Below, piece after piece: positions 1-9,647 of a DNA stretch of 53,618 bases; positions within the stretch are counted from its first letter, which is position 1; each line of letters begins with the position of its first letter. The notes below the pieces were generated by a model. The model ran no database searches. It had not been told where the DNA came from and saw only the letters and a program-made list of their open reading frames with translations. A program made the translations under genes and the position numbers. The DNA is taken from the NCBI GenBank assembly GCA_045542315.1, contig JAZQKU010000085.1:1-53618 (forward strand), written 5' to 3'. The DNA comes from Eubacteriales bacterium (GTDB lineage Bacteria > Bacillota > Clostridia > Oscillospirales > RGIG5299).

Positions 1-410
1 TGCGTCACTCACCTCACCCCTCGGGCAACTAACCGAGTGTGGACGCGCACCAAAAGAGGGGTAGATGCGAGCGAGGCAAGAGCCTTTGGTTTTGATTTAT
101 CTTGCCTTACGCATAAGAAATAGCAAAGGGAGCAAAGCGACATTTGCATTTCGCTTAAGCGTAAGACGGCTTGTGATTATTTTATTCTCGCGAGCATAGG
201 GGAGCCTTCCCCTTAAAAAGATTCTTTTCCCCCTTTTCTCATCTTTGAGAAAAGGCAAGCCTCCGCGGCTTGAGCGGGGAAAAGAGCCGAAAATCAAGCG
301 GGTGCGCACCCCACCCACCCCAAAAATCCGTGCAAACCGTTTGTATGCCCCGCGGCTTGAGCGGAAAGAAGTGCCTCGCGCGTAAGCGGAAAGAAATCCG
401 CTTCATTAAA
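1..410. repeat. Hairpin-dense non-coding region (REP/MITE-like), probably truncated by the window edge
   Basis: CCGCGGCTTGAGCGG occurs twice (263-277, 350-364). Nested inverted repeats include TCTTTTCCCC 223-232 / GGGGAAAAGA 276-285, CCTTTTCTCA/TGAGAAAAGG and AGGGGA/TCCCCT. No credible ORF. Confidence 0.45.
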
Positions 411-460
411 GCAATAAAAATCCCCGCTCCGTATGGGGGGGGGGATCCTTTATGTTAATA

Positions 461-1645
461 TTAAAACGCAAGCAATATCTGCCATGCGGCAAGTAAAAGA
501 CCGAGAACGGTAAGCACGGTAACGAGAGTGTTGTTGTGCTCGGAATATATTAGTGAAAGGTCACCCTCCAAAAGCTCAAGCAGGTATTTTACCTGATCGA
601 CGATAGGCGAAATATGCTGACTTTCAAGGAGTATTGCACTCAACTCACCTATTTCGGCTATCTCTGTGCGCTCAACCTTTTCCAGAACGAGAATTATCTT
701 GCGGCGGAACTCTCTCGTCATTCGTATTCTTTTGTAATAGGAAAAGGTTTTCTTGCTGAATTCGGTTTGGAAAATAAGTACCTCGTTAATAAGACCTTTA
801 AGCATCATAACAAACTCAACGGAGAAGAGAATGCCGTGGTTTACGGTAAGCGGACATTCACCCATAAAGAAGTAGGGATCGGCCCCGCCGTAGATATCGC
901 CGCCAAACTGTGTCTGACGGTCAAGATAGTCGCTTCTCTTGGGGGAGTCGAGAAGATTCAGAAAGAGGAAGGATTTGCCGCCGGCGTATATTCTCATAAA
1001 GTTGCGGCTGCCCCAGAATGCCGAAAGACGCTCCTTTACAAGCTCCTTCGGAACGAAAGCATAGCCCTCGTCGCCGGTGAGAAAGCCGTACATTCTGTTG
1101 GATTCCTTTTCCTCTATCTCATCGAGGTCGGTGTAGTCGCCGAATTTGGTTATCTCACAAAGATAGCTTTTTTCGCTCGGAACGGTGGAGAGATTGAGCT
1201 TTGAAGCAATAATGCTCGCAAGATCGTTACAGGAAAATTCGCCGTCCTTGAAATAAAGCTTTTTTGCCACGCCCGATTGCTTTATCGCAATAAGCTGATC
1301 GGTGGTGCGGTCCTTTACGGAGTAGTGAAAGGAAAGACTTGCCATATTGCTCTCCTCGAAATAGGTAAGCATTACGCACCAGCCGTGAAGGCCGCTTCTT
1401 TCGAGGTCGATATCAAGCTCGGTGAGGAAAAAACGCTTGACGGCGTAGGTCTGGCTACCGCCCTTTAAAAAGCGCTCCGCGGTCTGCATATCGACTAAAT
1501 AGGGGTGCTCCTGCTTCTCGTTAAGAGCATAGCCGAGGGCATCGGGCCAATTTTTCTTAACTAAAGCAATGTAATCCTCAACCGAGGAATAAGGAGTGGT
1601 GTAGAAGAAGGAATGAGAAATATTTGCGTTAAAAACGTCTTTCAT
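461..1645 (-). CDS. Hypothetical protein with a C-terminal membrane helix (weak CorA-like tail)
   Basis: Long ORF. Start moved to the second Met (MKDVF) because AAGGAG precedes it. C-terminus NNTLVTVLTVLGLLLAAWQ is hydrophobic and follows a helical region. Confidence 0.75.
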   Translation of the reverse strand: MKDVFNANISHSFFYTTPYSSVEDYIALVKKNWPDALGYALNEKQEHPYLVDMQTAERFLKGGSQTYAVKRFFLTELDIDLERSGLHGWCVMLTYFEESNMASLSFHYSVKDRTTDQLIAIKQSGVAKKLYFKDGEFSCNDLASIIASKLNLSTVPSEKSYLCEITKFGDYTDLDEIEEKESNRMYGFLTGDEGYAFVPKELVKERLSAFWGSRNFMRIYAGGKSFLFLNLLDSPKRSDYLDRQTQFGGDIYGGADPYFFMGECPLTVNHGILFSVEFVMMLKGLINEVLIFQTEFSKKTFSYYKRIRMTREFRRKIILVLEKVERTEIAEIGELSAILLESQHISPIVDQVKYLLELLEGDLSLIYSEHNNTLVTVLTVLGLLLAAWQILLAF

Positions 1646-1687
1646 TTCTTCGTCTCCTTTCATAAGATGTAATATAATGAGATTAAA

Positions 1688-2632
1688 TTAAATCAAAAAT
1701 GAGAGCCCGTAAACCGCATAGCCGACGGCGGCACCCGAAAGGAAAAGGAAAAGAGCTATAAGCAGGTTTTCACGCGGACGCTTGTTTGATTTGAAAAGCA
1801 CGAAAAGCCCCACACCCGCGCCCGAGGAAAGTCCCGCCGCGACGGCGGCAAATGAAAGGACACCGTCGAGGTAAAGCTCTGTGAGAGCCACCGAAACGGC
1901 GCAGTTGGGAATAAGACCGAAAAGCGAGGCAAAAAGGGGAGAAAGTGCGGAATATTTAGTTAAAAACGCCGAAATTTCCTCTTTTCCGAAGAAATGCATA
2001 ACGCCTGAAAACAGGAAATTCAAGGCAAAAATAAACAAAATTATTTTGAGCGTGTGCTTTACCGCGGGAAGCAAAATGCCGTGAAAAAAGCCTTTTTCGT
2101 GCCCCTCGTGATGACAGCCGCACTCGCCGTGACGGTTGCCGCAGTCTGCCTCCTCGGAGCATTTTTCGGCGTTGTGATAATGCTCGCATTTGCCGTCGTG
2201 AAAGCTCTTTTTTGCTTTTATTTTTCTTAAAACGAGGTCGAAAACAGCGCCCGTAAGAAATGCGGAAACAAATTTGACAACGAGCAAAAGGGCTATTGAA
2301 GCCGCAACCGACGGACCTCTTGAAAGGTTTGAAAAAAGCACGGGAAGTGCCTCGTCGCCTGTGGCAATAAAGACGGCAAAAAGAGTGCCCGCCGTGATAA
2401 ATCGGTGGGAATAAAGCTCGGCGGCAATTCCCGAAAAGCCGCATTGCGGAATAAGACCGAAAAGGGCGCCCCAGAAGGAGGAAAGGGAATTTTTACGGGA
2501 AAGCCTCGTTAAAAAGGCGCTCTGACGGTATTTTTCAAGATATTCAATTAAAAAATAGACGAGGAAAAGCGGCAATATAAGGCTTGCCGTGTCGATTGCT
2601 GCGTGATGGATTATTTCGAGAAATTTTGGCAT
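1688..2632 (-). CDS. Putative manganese/metal transporter (permease with His/Cys-rich central loop)
   Basis: Multi-TM protein with duplicated GLIPQCG/GLIPNC motifs, FIATGDEALP and a central HYH...CGCHHEGHE loop. AGGAGG precedes MPKF. Confidence 0.75.
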   Translation of the reverse strand: MPKFLEIIHHAAIDTASLILPLFLVYFLIEYLEKYRQSAFLTRLSRKNSLSSFWGALFGLIPQCGFSGIAAELYSHRFITAGTLFAVFIATGDEALPVLFSNLSRGPSVAASIALLLVVKFVSAFLTGAVFDLVLRKIKAKKSFHDGKCEHYHNAEKCSEEADCGNRHGECGCHHEGHEKGFFHGILLPAVKHTLKIILFIFALNFLFSGVMHFFGKEEISAFLTKYSALSPLFASLFGLIPNCAVSVALTELYLDGVLSFAAVAAGLSSGAGVGLFVLFKSNKRPRENLLIALFLFLSGAAVGYAVYGLSFLI

Positions 2633-2689
2633 TTTTGCCGCCTCCTTTAAAAAAAATAACATTAAAAAGATGATTTTGGTAATTTTTAC

Positions 2690-2718
2690 TTGACCTTAAG
2701 CCGCGTTTGGTGTAAAAT
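2690..2718 (+). promoter_or_regulatory. Sigma-A-type promoter for serC-serA
   Basis: TTGACC, 17-bp spacer, TAAAAT upstream of serC. Confidence 0.55.
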
Positions 2719-2772
2719 ATAAAAAATAAAACGATTATTAATATTATAACAATAAATTTAGGAGTTGTAAAG

Positions 2773-3858
2773 ATGAGAAAGGTATATAATTTTTCGGCAG
2801 GACCCTCTATGCTTCCCGAGAAGGTTCTTTTAAGAGCTGCTTCCGAGATGACCGACTATAACGGCACCGGCGAATCGGTTATGGAGATGAGCCATCGCTC
2901 CGCAGAATACGATGCAATCATAAAGGAATGCGAGGCACTTCTTCGCGAGGTAATGAGCATTCCCGATAATTATAAGGTCCTCTTCATTCAGGGCGGCGCT
3001 TCCGCACAGTTTTCAATGGTCGCAATGAACCTTATGAAAAACAAGAAGGCGGACTATATCGTTTCCGGTCAGTTCTCAAACAAGGCCTACAAAGAAGGTC
3101 AGCTTTTCGGCGAATGCACCGCTATCGCTTCATCGAAGGATAAGAATTTTGCCGGCGTTCCCGTTGTAACGAAGGAGATGATCTCAAAAGACGCAGACTA
3201 TCTCCACATCTGCTTCAATAACACCATCTACGGCACCAAATATCCCTATATCCCCGAGACCGGTGACGTTCCCCTCGTTGCGGATATGTCTTCCTGCATT
3301 CTCTCAGAGCCCGTTGACGTTTCAAAATTCGGTCTAATCTATGCGGGTGTTCAGAAGAATATGGGACCTGCGGGTATGGCTGTTGCTATAATCCGTGAGG
3401 ATCTTTTGGAGGTTAAAAACGATTTCGTTATTCCCACCATGTATAAGTATTCCACCTATGCGGAAAACGATTCGATGTATAATACTCCTCCCACCTACTG
3501 CATCTATATCGTCAAGCTCGTGCTCGAGTGGATAAAGAACGATATGGGCGGTCTTGCAAAGATGAAGGAGCACAACGAGAAGAAGGCAGCGATCCTTTAC
3601 GATTATCTCGATAATTCCAAGCTCTTCAAGGCACCTGCCGAGAAGGAAAGCCGTTCCCTTATGAACGTAACCTTCGTAACCGGCAACGAGGACCTTGATA
3701 AGAAGTTCTGCAAGGAGGCTGCCGCTGCGGGCTTCCTTAACATCAAGGGTCACCGCTCGGTTGGCGGTATGAGAGCCTCCATTTACAACGCAATGCCCAT
3801 CGAGGGTGTTGTAAAGCTCGTTGAATTTATGAGCGAGTTTGAAAAAGCAAACGGTTAA
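2773..3858 (+). CDS. serC: Phosphoserine aminotransferase
   Basis: NFSAGPSMLP, EMSHRS, GVQKNMGPAG (PLP lysine), GHRSVGGMRASIYNA. Confidence 0.97.
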   Translation: MRKVYNFSAGPSMLPEKVLLRAASEMTDYNGTGESVMEMSHRSAEYDAIIKECEALLREVMSIPDNYKVLFIQGGASAQFSMVAMNLMKNKKADYIVSGQFSNKAYKEGQLFGECTAIASSKDKNFAGVPVVTKEMISKDADYLHICFNNTIYGTKYPYIPETGDVPLVADMSSCILSEPVDVSKFGLIYAGVQKNMGPAGMAVAIIREDLLEVKNDFVIPTMYKYSTYAENDSMYNTPPTYCIYIVKLVLEWIKNDMGGLAKMKEHNEKKAAILYDYLDNSKLFKAPAEKESRSLMNVTFVTGNEDLDKKFCKEAAAAGFLNIKGHRSVGGMRASIYNAMPIEGVVKLVEFMSEFEKANG

Positions 3859-3873
3859 AAAGGAGTTTTCCAG

Positions 3874-5052
3874 ATGTATAACATTAAAACCATGAACAAG
3901 ATCGCAAAGATCGGTCTTGATAACTTCACGGCAGATTTCGCGGTAAGCGACAGCTGCGAGAATCCCGACGGAATTCTCGTCCGCTCGGCTTCTCTTCACG
4001 AAATGCCCATAAACGACAATCTTCTTGCGGTAGCGCGTGCGGGCGCGGGCACCAACAACATTCCCTCCGACGTTATGGGCGATAAGGGCGTTGTTGTTTT
4101 CAACACTCCCGGCGCAAATGCAAACGCCGTTAAGGAGCTTGTGCTTTGCGGCATTTTGCTTGCTTCGCGTGACGTTGTGGGCGGTATAAACTGGGTAAAG
4201 GAAAACGCCGCCGATCCCGATATTGCAAAGGCGGTTGAGAAGAATAAGTCGCAGTTTGCGGGTAACGAGATAAAGGGAAAGACCCTCGGCGTTATAGGTC
4301 TCGGTGCGATCGGCGGACCTCTTGCAAACGCAGCACGCCATCTCGGCATGACCGTTTACGGCTTTGACCCCTATCTTTCGGTTGAGGCCGCATGGAATCT
4401 TTCAAGAGATATCATTCACGCAAAATCCAAGGAAGAAATATACGAAAAATGCGATTTCATCTCGGTCCACGTTCCGCTTATCGCAAGCGACGATCCCGCA
4501 AAGAATACCAAGGGTATGATCGGCGAAAAAGAGCTTGCAACGATGAAGGACGGAGTTGTTATCCTCAACTTTGCGCGTGACGCTCTTATCGACGACGCTG
4601 CTATGGAAGCGGCTTTGAATTCGGGTAAGGTAAAGCGTTACGTTACCGATTTCCCCAATCCCGCATCTGCAAATATGAAAAACGTTATTGCTATCCCCCA
4701 TCTCGGCGCATCTACCGAGGAGAGTGAGGATAACTGTGCGGTTATGGCAGTACAAGAGCTTTCCGACTATATTTTAAACGGAAACATCAGAAACTCTGTA
4801 AACTTCCCCAACGCTGAAATGGCGCGCTCTGGAAAGGTGAGAGTTTGCCTTATTCATAAGAATATTCCCAACGTATTGGCGCAGATATCGGGCGTTATGG
4901 GTGAAGCGGGCGCAAACATCGAGAATATGATAAACAAGAGCAAAAAGGAAAACGCCTATACCATTATGGACGCAACCGATGAGCTTCCCGAGGGAGCTTA
5001 CGAAAAGCTTATGGCTATCGAGGGCGTTATCAGAGTAAGAATTATCCATTAA
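3874..5052 (+). CDS. serA: D-3-phosphoglycerate dehydrogenase with C-terminal ACT domain
   Basis: ARAGAGTNNI, NTPGANANAVKE, GLGAIG, PHLGAST; ACT-like HKNIPNVL; adjacent to serC. Confidence 0.92.
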   Translation: MYNIKTMNKIAKIGLDNFTADFAVSDSCENPDGILVRSASLHEMPINDNLLAVARAGAGTNNIPSDVMGDKGVVVFNTPGANANAVKELVLCGILLASRDVVGGINWVKENAADPDIAKAVEKNKSQFAGNEIKGKTLGVIGLGAIGGPLANAARHLGMTVYGFDPYLSVEAAWNLSRDIIHAKSKEEIYEKCDFISVHVPLIASDDPAKNTKGMIGEKELATMKDGVVILNFARDALIDDAAMEAALNSGKVKRYVTDFPNPASANMKNVIAIPHLGASTEESEDNCAVMAVQELSDYILNGNIRNSVNFPNAEMARSGKVRVCLIHKNIPNVLAQISGVMGEAGANIENMINKSKKENAYTIMDATDELPEGAYEKLMAIEGVIRVRIIH

Positions 5053-5061
5053 ATGTAAGCC

Positions 5062-5096
5062 AAAAAGCCGTCTGCAAAAGAAGCAGACGGCTTTTT
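5062..5096 (+). terminator. Rho-independent terminator after serA
   Basis: AAAAAGCCGTCTGC / GCAGACGGCTTTTT inverted repeat. Confidence 0.85.
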
Positions 5097-5219
5097 ACTG
5101 TTAAATAACTGAAAATTACCTTTAAAATGTAAAAAAATATAAGAAAGACTTGCAAAAGGGTGGCATAAAGAGATATAATATAATATCGAGCAGAACTATT
5201 TTTAAAACGGAGAAATAAA

Positions 5220-6158
5220 ATGAGCAGAAAAGAACCTTTTTCTTACGCAAGAAACTTGAAGATATTTATTATAGTGCTTTGCTGTCTTCCCATTGTGGGT
5301 ATCGCAATGATGATATTCTTGCCCACACCGCCAAACGGTGTTGCGGTAACGATTGCCCCCGTAGAGGAAAATTCCACCGTGGATTTCGCTCCGCTTTTTG
5401 ATGAGCTTGATAATCCTACGGGCGAATACAGCGAAGAGGTCCACAGAGCGATGATAGAGCTTACGGGCGATATCAAAAAGACCTATTCCATTTCCCCCGC
5501 GGTAATCGCAACGGGCGATAAGGTGCTTTTTGTAAATCCCTTCACAAACGGCGTTGAAAATAATATCGGCGTTGAGCTTTTCGTTTTTGAATACTCATTT
5601 TCCCACTATGACGAGGAGGATTTTGCCGATATGATCGATCTTTCTGTTCTTCCTGCCTGTGGCGAAAACGAGCATTACGGTCTTATGAGCGTTTCGGTTG
5701 AGTATAGCGCAAGATACCTTTTTAATTATAACTATCTTGAATGCACTGTTTCGGATTTTACCGGCACCGAAAAGCTCGTTGATATCAACAGAATTGAAAT
5801 AGACCTTACGGAGGACAGCCTTACCGACCGCCTCGTAAACACCGTCCGCGCCGACGCGGGCTTTGTTACGCTTCAGTCATATACCCCCTTTGCCGCCTCC
5901 GATATTGAGATAATTTCGAGAATAGTCCCCGGCGGCTTCGGAAATATAACCGAGATAGGACTTGGAAAGAGCGCGACCTCCGATAACGCCGAAAAGGGCG
6001 CCTATTTAAGAATTAACACCGCGGGGAAAATCGCCGATTTCGACGGCGTTGCCTTCAATATTTACAATATTGAAAAAGACCGTTTTGAAGAGGAAATTAC
6101 TTATCCTTCCTTCAAAATCGATATGAAGATATATTTTACCAACATTGAAAGCAAATAA
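5220..6158 (+). CDS. Hypothetical membrane-anchored protein
   Basis: 312-aa ORF with GGAG RBS, one N-terminal TM helix and an acidic soluble domain. No family recognised. Confidence 0.75.
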   Translation: MSRKEPFSYARNLKIFIIVLCCLPIVGIAMMIFLPTPPNGVAVTIAPVEENSTVDFAPLFDELDNPTGEYSEEVHRAMIELTGDIKKTYSISPAVIATGDKVLFVNPFTNGVENNIGVELFVFEYSFSHYDEEDFADMIDLSVLPACGENEHYGLMSVSVEYSARYLFNYNYLECTVSDFTGTEKLVDINRIEIDLTEDSLTDRLVNTVRADAGFVTLQSYTPFAASDIEIISRIVPGGFGNITEIGLGKSATSDNAEKGAYLRINTAGKIADFDGVAFNIYNIEKDRFEEEITYPSFKIDMKIYFTNIESK

Positions 6159-6172
6159 TAGGAGGAATATGA

Positions 6173-9100
6173 ATGGCTCCTGAAAAGAAAAACAAGATCT
6201 CGTCCGCTTCAAAGAAGCAGTCGGGGATGAGAAAAAATCTTATAAAGGGAAAAAAGGAAAAGATAACCGCGCCCGAATATAACAAAAAGGGCGAGGCGGT
6301 AATGCCGAAAACCAAGGGACAAAAAGTCCTTGGCTTTCTGGTGCGTCTTGCAATAGGAGTTACCGCGTTTGGCCTGGCTATGGCGGTGATGGGCGGCGTT
6401 TGCTTCTTCCATATTCTCAATAACTATGAGAATATAGATATTGCAAACACCTTCAAGACCCTTAATATGAAGGCGACCACCTATATCTACGCCTACGACA
6501 GCGAGCTTAACACCTACGTTGAGCTTGAGTCGCTCTTCGTAAGTGAGGACCGTCAGTGGATAAGCTTTGACGATATTCCCGAATATTTCAAGCAGGCCAC
6601 TATTGCGGTAGAGGACGAGCGCATTTACGAGCATAAGGGCGTTGACTGGCCCCGCTTTATTTTGGCAACGGCAAACAGCTTTTTGCATTTCAGAAGCCGA
6701 TTCGGCGCGTCAACCATAACGATGCAGCTCGTTAAAAACGTCACCGGCGCCGACGATGCAACCGCCATAAGAAAGGTAAAAGAGGTATTTAACGCCACCT
6801 ATATCGAAAAGATATACGAAAAGGACGATATCCTCGAGCTTTATCTGAACTATATCAACTACGGCGGACAGATCCAGGGTATTCTGTCTGCATCGAGATT
6901 CTATTTCGGCAAGGACCCCTCACAGCTTTCGCTTATTGAGGTTGCAAGTATAGTAGGTATTACCAATAACCCCGGTATGTATAATCCCTATTACTCCTCA
7001 AACAGAGAGGCAAACCTCGACAGAGCAAAGCTCATAGTAGGTCTTATGCGTGATCAGGAGATGATCTCCGAGGAGGAGTATAACGAGGCTATGGCTGTAA
7101 CCGAGCTTTCGTTTGCCTTCGGAGGCTCCGGGGAAAGCGAAAAGAAGCAGGCACAGTCTTATTACGTTGACACCGTTATAAACGTTGTTATAAGCGACCT
7201 TATGAAAACCTACGGCGTATCAAGCGATATAGCTACGAAGATGCTTTATCAGGGCGGCTACAAGGTTTATATTCCCATGGATATAACCGTTCAGAATATT
7301 ATGGACGGATATTACGAGAACCGTGAAAATTTCCCCAAAAATACCGTAACCGATAAAACTACGGGCGAGATAGAATATCTCGAAAGCGCCATGATCATTA
7401 TGAACTATAAAAACGGCGACGTTTTGGGAATCGTGGGCGGCATAGGCGAAAAGGAATTCGCAAGAGGCTTTAACCGTGCCACCTCGGCATTCCGTCAGGT
7501 AGGCTCCGTAATAAAGCCCATCGGTGTTTTTGCTCCCGCAATAGAATATAACGTTGCGGACGGAAACAGCGCTCTTTTGGACGTACCCAACGACGAAAAG
7601 GGTGATTGGCCCGTAAACTACACCGACTATTACAGAGGTCTTATGCCTCTTCGCAGAGCGCTGGCATATTCTCTTAACGGCCCCACCGTTGATCTTGCGA
7701 CTCAGCTCGGACCGCAGAATTCTTATAATTTTCTCGTTGAAAAATGCGGAATCAAGAACCTTGTGGGCACGGGCGTTGCAAACGACGTCTCTCTTTCTCT
7801 TTCACTCGGAGGCGTTACAAACGGCCTTACCGTTACCGAAATATGCGCGGCATACCAGATATTCCCCAACAACGGTGTTTACAACGAGCCGAGATTCTAT
7901 ACCAAGATAGTTGACGGTCTCGGAAACGTTATTTTGGAAAACGGCGTAAAGTCGAAGGTAGCCATTTCAGAGCAGACTGCGTTTATAATGCGAGACCTTC
8001 TTTACGAAAACGTTTACGATGGCTACGCCTCGTCGGCAAGATTCTCGACCTCTGCAGGCAAGAAGATAACTGCTTACGGTAAAACCGGCACCTCTGCGGC
8101 AAACCACGATTTCTGGTTCAGCGGCTTCACAAGCGAATATCTCGGCGCGGTTTGGATAGGCTTTGACAGCAATGCGGCAATAAGCACCGGTGAATCCGCT
8201 CTTTCCGCAGCGCTCTGGTCGAAGGTAATGCGCTCTATCTATGATGCGAAGGGCCTTTCGGACGGAGAATTCGACAGACCCACCGGTGTAACGGAGGTTG
8301 AATACTGCAAATACAGCGGCAAGCTTGCCACCGATATCTGCAAGCTCGATCCCAGAAATACCACTGCGGATCCCGTTGTAAAGAAGAGCTGGGTCAAAAA
8401 CGAGAATATCCCCGAGGATACCTGCGACGTTCACCATGCAATGTATATCTGCGAGGATTCGGGTAAGCTTGCTCACGACAACTGTTCAAACGGCAAGGTT
8501 TACGCAATAGCATTCCTCGATATTTACAGAGACTATATCAGAACCGACCTCTATATTGAGGACGCACAGTACGTTTACCCCAAGATCGCAAAGAGCCAGA
8601 CTCTCCCCTTATACGTATCCGACAGACTTCCCGCATATATGACTCTCTATGCCGCAAATCTTCCCGGTTGGGAAATATATATGGGAATGCCGAACGATAA
8701 CTATACGCCCCCCGAATTGAGAGAGGATTACGACAAGAACGATCCGAAAAACGAAAGCTTCGTTCCTCCGCTCGATGCGGAAGGCAATCCCATACCCTTT
8801 GCCGTGGTTCACAACCCCGGACAGGCTATGAGCAAGGTTGCAACGGCGAAAATTCATAACGCGATCTGTCAGGCTCATACTCCGGGCGAGGTGGCTTATC
8901 TCCACCCGTGGAACTTCTCCGGTGTTTTGGTAACAACTCCCACTCATGAGCCGGACCCCGAGCCGGAGCCCGATCCTGAAGATCCGAATAATCCCGAGGA
9001 ACCCGTGGATCCCGATAATCCGTCGGACGTTCCCTCGGATACATCGTCCGATATTCCTTCGGACACTTCCTCCGATAATTCCGAAACAAGCTCCGATCTT

Positions 9101-9244
9101 CCCGAAAACACCTCCTCCGAGGCAGAGGGCGGCGAGGAACGCAGTGAAAGCTCCGGCGAGGGCACTGTAAGCGAGCAAAGCGAAAGCAGTGAGACAGCTT
9201 CGTCTTCGACCGACGGCGGCGAGGGGAATTCAACCGAGGTTTAA
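6173..9244 (+). CDS. Class A penicillin-binding protein (PBP1A-like transglycosylase/transpeptidase) with long C-terminal extension
   Basis: Transglycosylase motifs EDERIYEHKGVD, GASTITMQLVKN, RKVKE. Transpeptidase motifs SVIK, SLN, KTG. N-terminal TM anchor. Confidence 0.93.
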   Translation: MAPEKKNKISSASKKQSGMRKNLIKGKKEKITAPEYNKKGEAVMPKTKGQKVLGFLVRLAIGVTAFGLAMAVMGGVCFFHILNNYENIDIANTFKTLNMKATTYIYAYDSELNTYVELESLFVSEDRQWISFDDIPEYFKQATIAVEDERIYEHKGVDWPRFILATANSFLHFRSRFGASTITMQLVKNVTGADDATAIRKVKEVFNATYIEKIYEKDDILELYLNYINYGGQIQGILSASRFYFGKDPSQLSLIEVASIVGITNNPGMYNPYYSSNREANLDRAKLIVGLMRDQEMISEEEYNEAMAVTELSFAFGGSGESEKKQAQSYYVDTVINVVISDLMKTYGVSSDIATKMLYQGGYKVYIPMDITVQNIMDGYYENRENFPKNTVTDKTTGEIEYLESAMIIMNYKNGDVLGIVGGIGEKEFARGFNRATSAFRQVGSVIKPIGVFAPAIEYNVADGNSALLDVPNDEKGDWPVNYTDYYRGLMPLRRALAYSLNGPTVDLATQLGPQNSYNFLVEKCGIKNLVGTGVANDVSLSLSLGGVTNGLTVTEICAAYQIFPNNGVYNEPRFYTKIVDGLGNVILENGVKSKVAISEQTAFIMRDLLYENVYDGYASSARFSTSAGKKITAYGKTGTSAANHDFWFSGFTSEYLGAVWIGFDSNAAISTGESALSAALWSKVMRSIYDAKGLSDGEFDRPTGVTEVEYCKYSGKLATDICKLDPRNTTADPVVKKSWVKNENIPEDTCDVHHAMYICEDSGKLAHDNCSNGKVYAIAFLDIYRDYIRTDLYIEDAQYVYPKIAKSQTLPLYVSDRLPAYMTLYAANLPGWEIYMGMPNDNYTPPELREDYDKNDPKNESFVPPLDAEGNPIPFAVVHNPGQAMSKVATAKIHNAICQAHTPGEVAYLHPWNFSGVLVTTPTHEPDPEPEPDPEDPNNPEEPVDPDNPSDVPSDTSSDIPSDTSSDNSETSSDLPENTSSEAEGGEERSESSGEGTVSEQSESSETASSSTDGGEGNSTEV

Positions 9245-9347
9245 AAATTAACAAAATTAAGGTTGACTTTTTTCTGCAATATTGCTATAATCGAAGCATA
9301 AAAAGAAAACAAAAGGTATAAAATAATATAAAAAGGAGAATGAAACT

Positions 9348-9575
9348 ATGGATAAAAAGATTTTTATAGCTGCAGCCATCGGCGCAGCAGTCGGAGCAGC
9401 GGCAGCGCTCGGTGCGGTTGCGGTAGTATCTAAAATGCGCACCGGCAAATATTGCTTCTGTATGCCCGACAATACCGATTACGAAGACGTTGATTTCCGC
9501 ATTGCAGACGATGAAGCATGCGAGGATTACGCATGCGACTGCGGCTGCTGTGACACTGCCGAAGCAGCAGAATAA
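9348..9575 (+). CDS. Small hypothetical membrane protein with acidic/Cys-rich tail
   Basis: AAGGAG RBS, N-terminal hydrophobic helix, followed by a terminator. Confidence 0.7.
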   Translation: MDKKIFIAAAIGAAVGAAAALGAVAVVSKMRTGKYCFCMPDNTDYEDVDFRIADDEACEDYACDCGCCDTAEAAE

Positions 9576-9588
9576 TCAGAAAGCAATA

Positions 9589-9623
9589 AAAACATCTCCC
9601 GCCTGCAGTGCGGGAGATGTTTT
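9589..9623 (+). terminator. Rho-independent terminator
   Basis: AAAACATCTCCCGC / GCGGGAGATGTTTT. Confidence 0.8.
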
Positions 9624-9647
9624 GAGTTGTCAAAGGAGCTTTTGAAG

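Noticed and set aside
435-444. G10 homopolymer as a phase-variation tract
   Set aside because: It forms one arm of a terminator-like hairpin downstream of the minus-strand gene, not a promoter or coding position.
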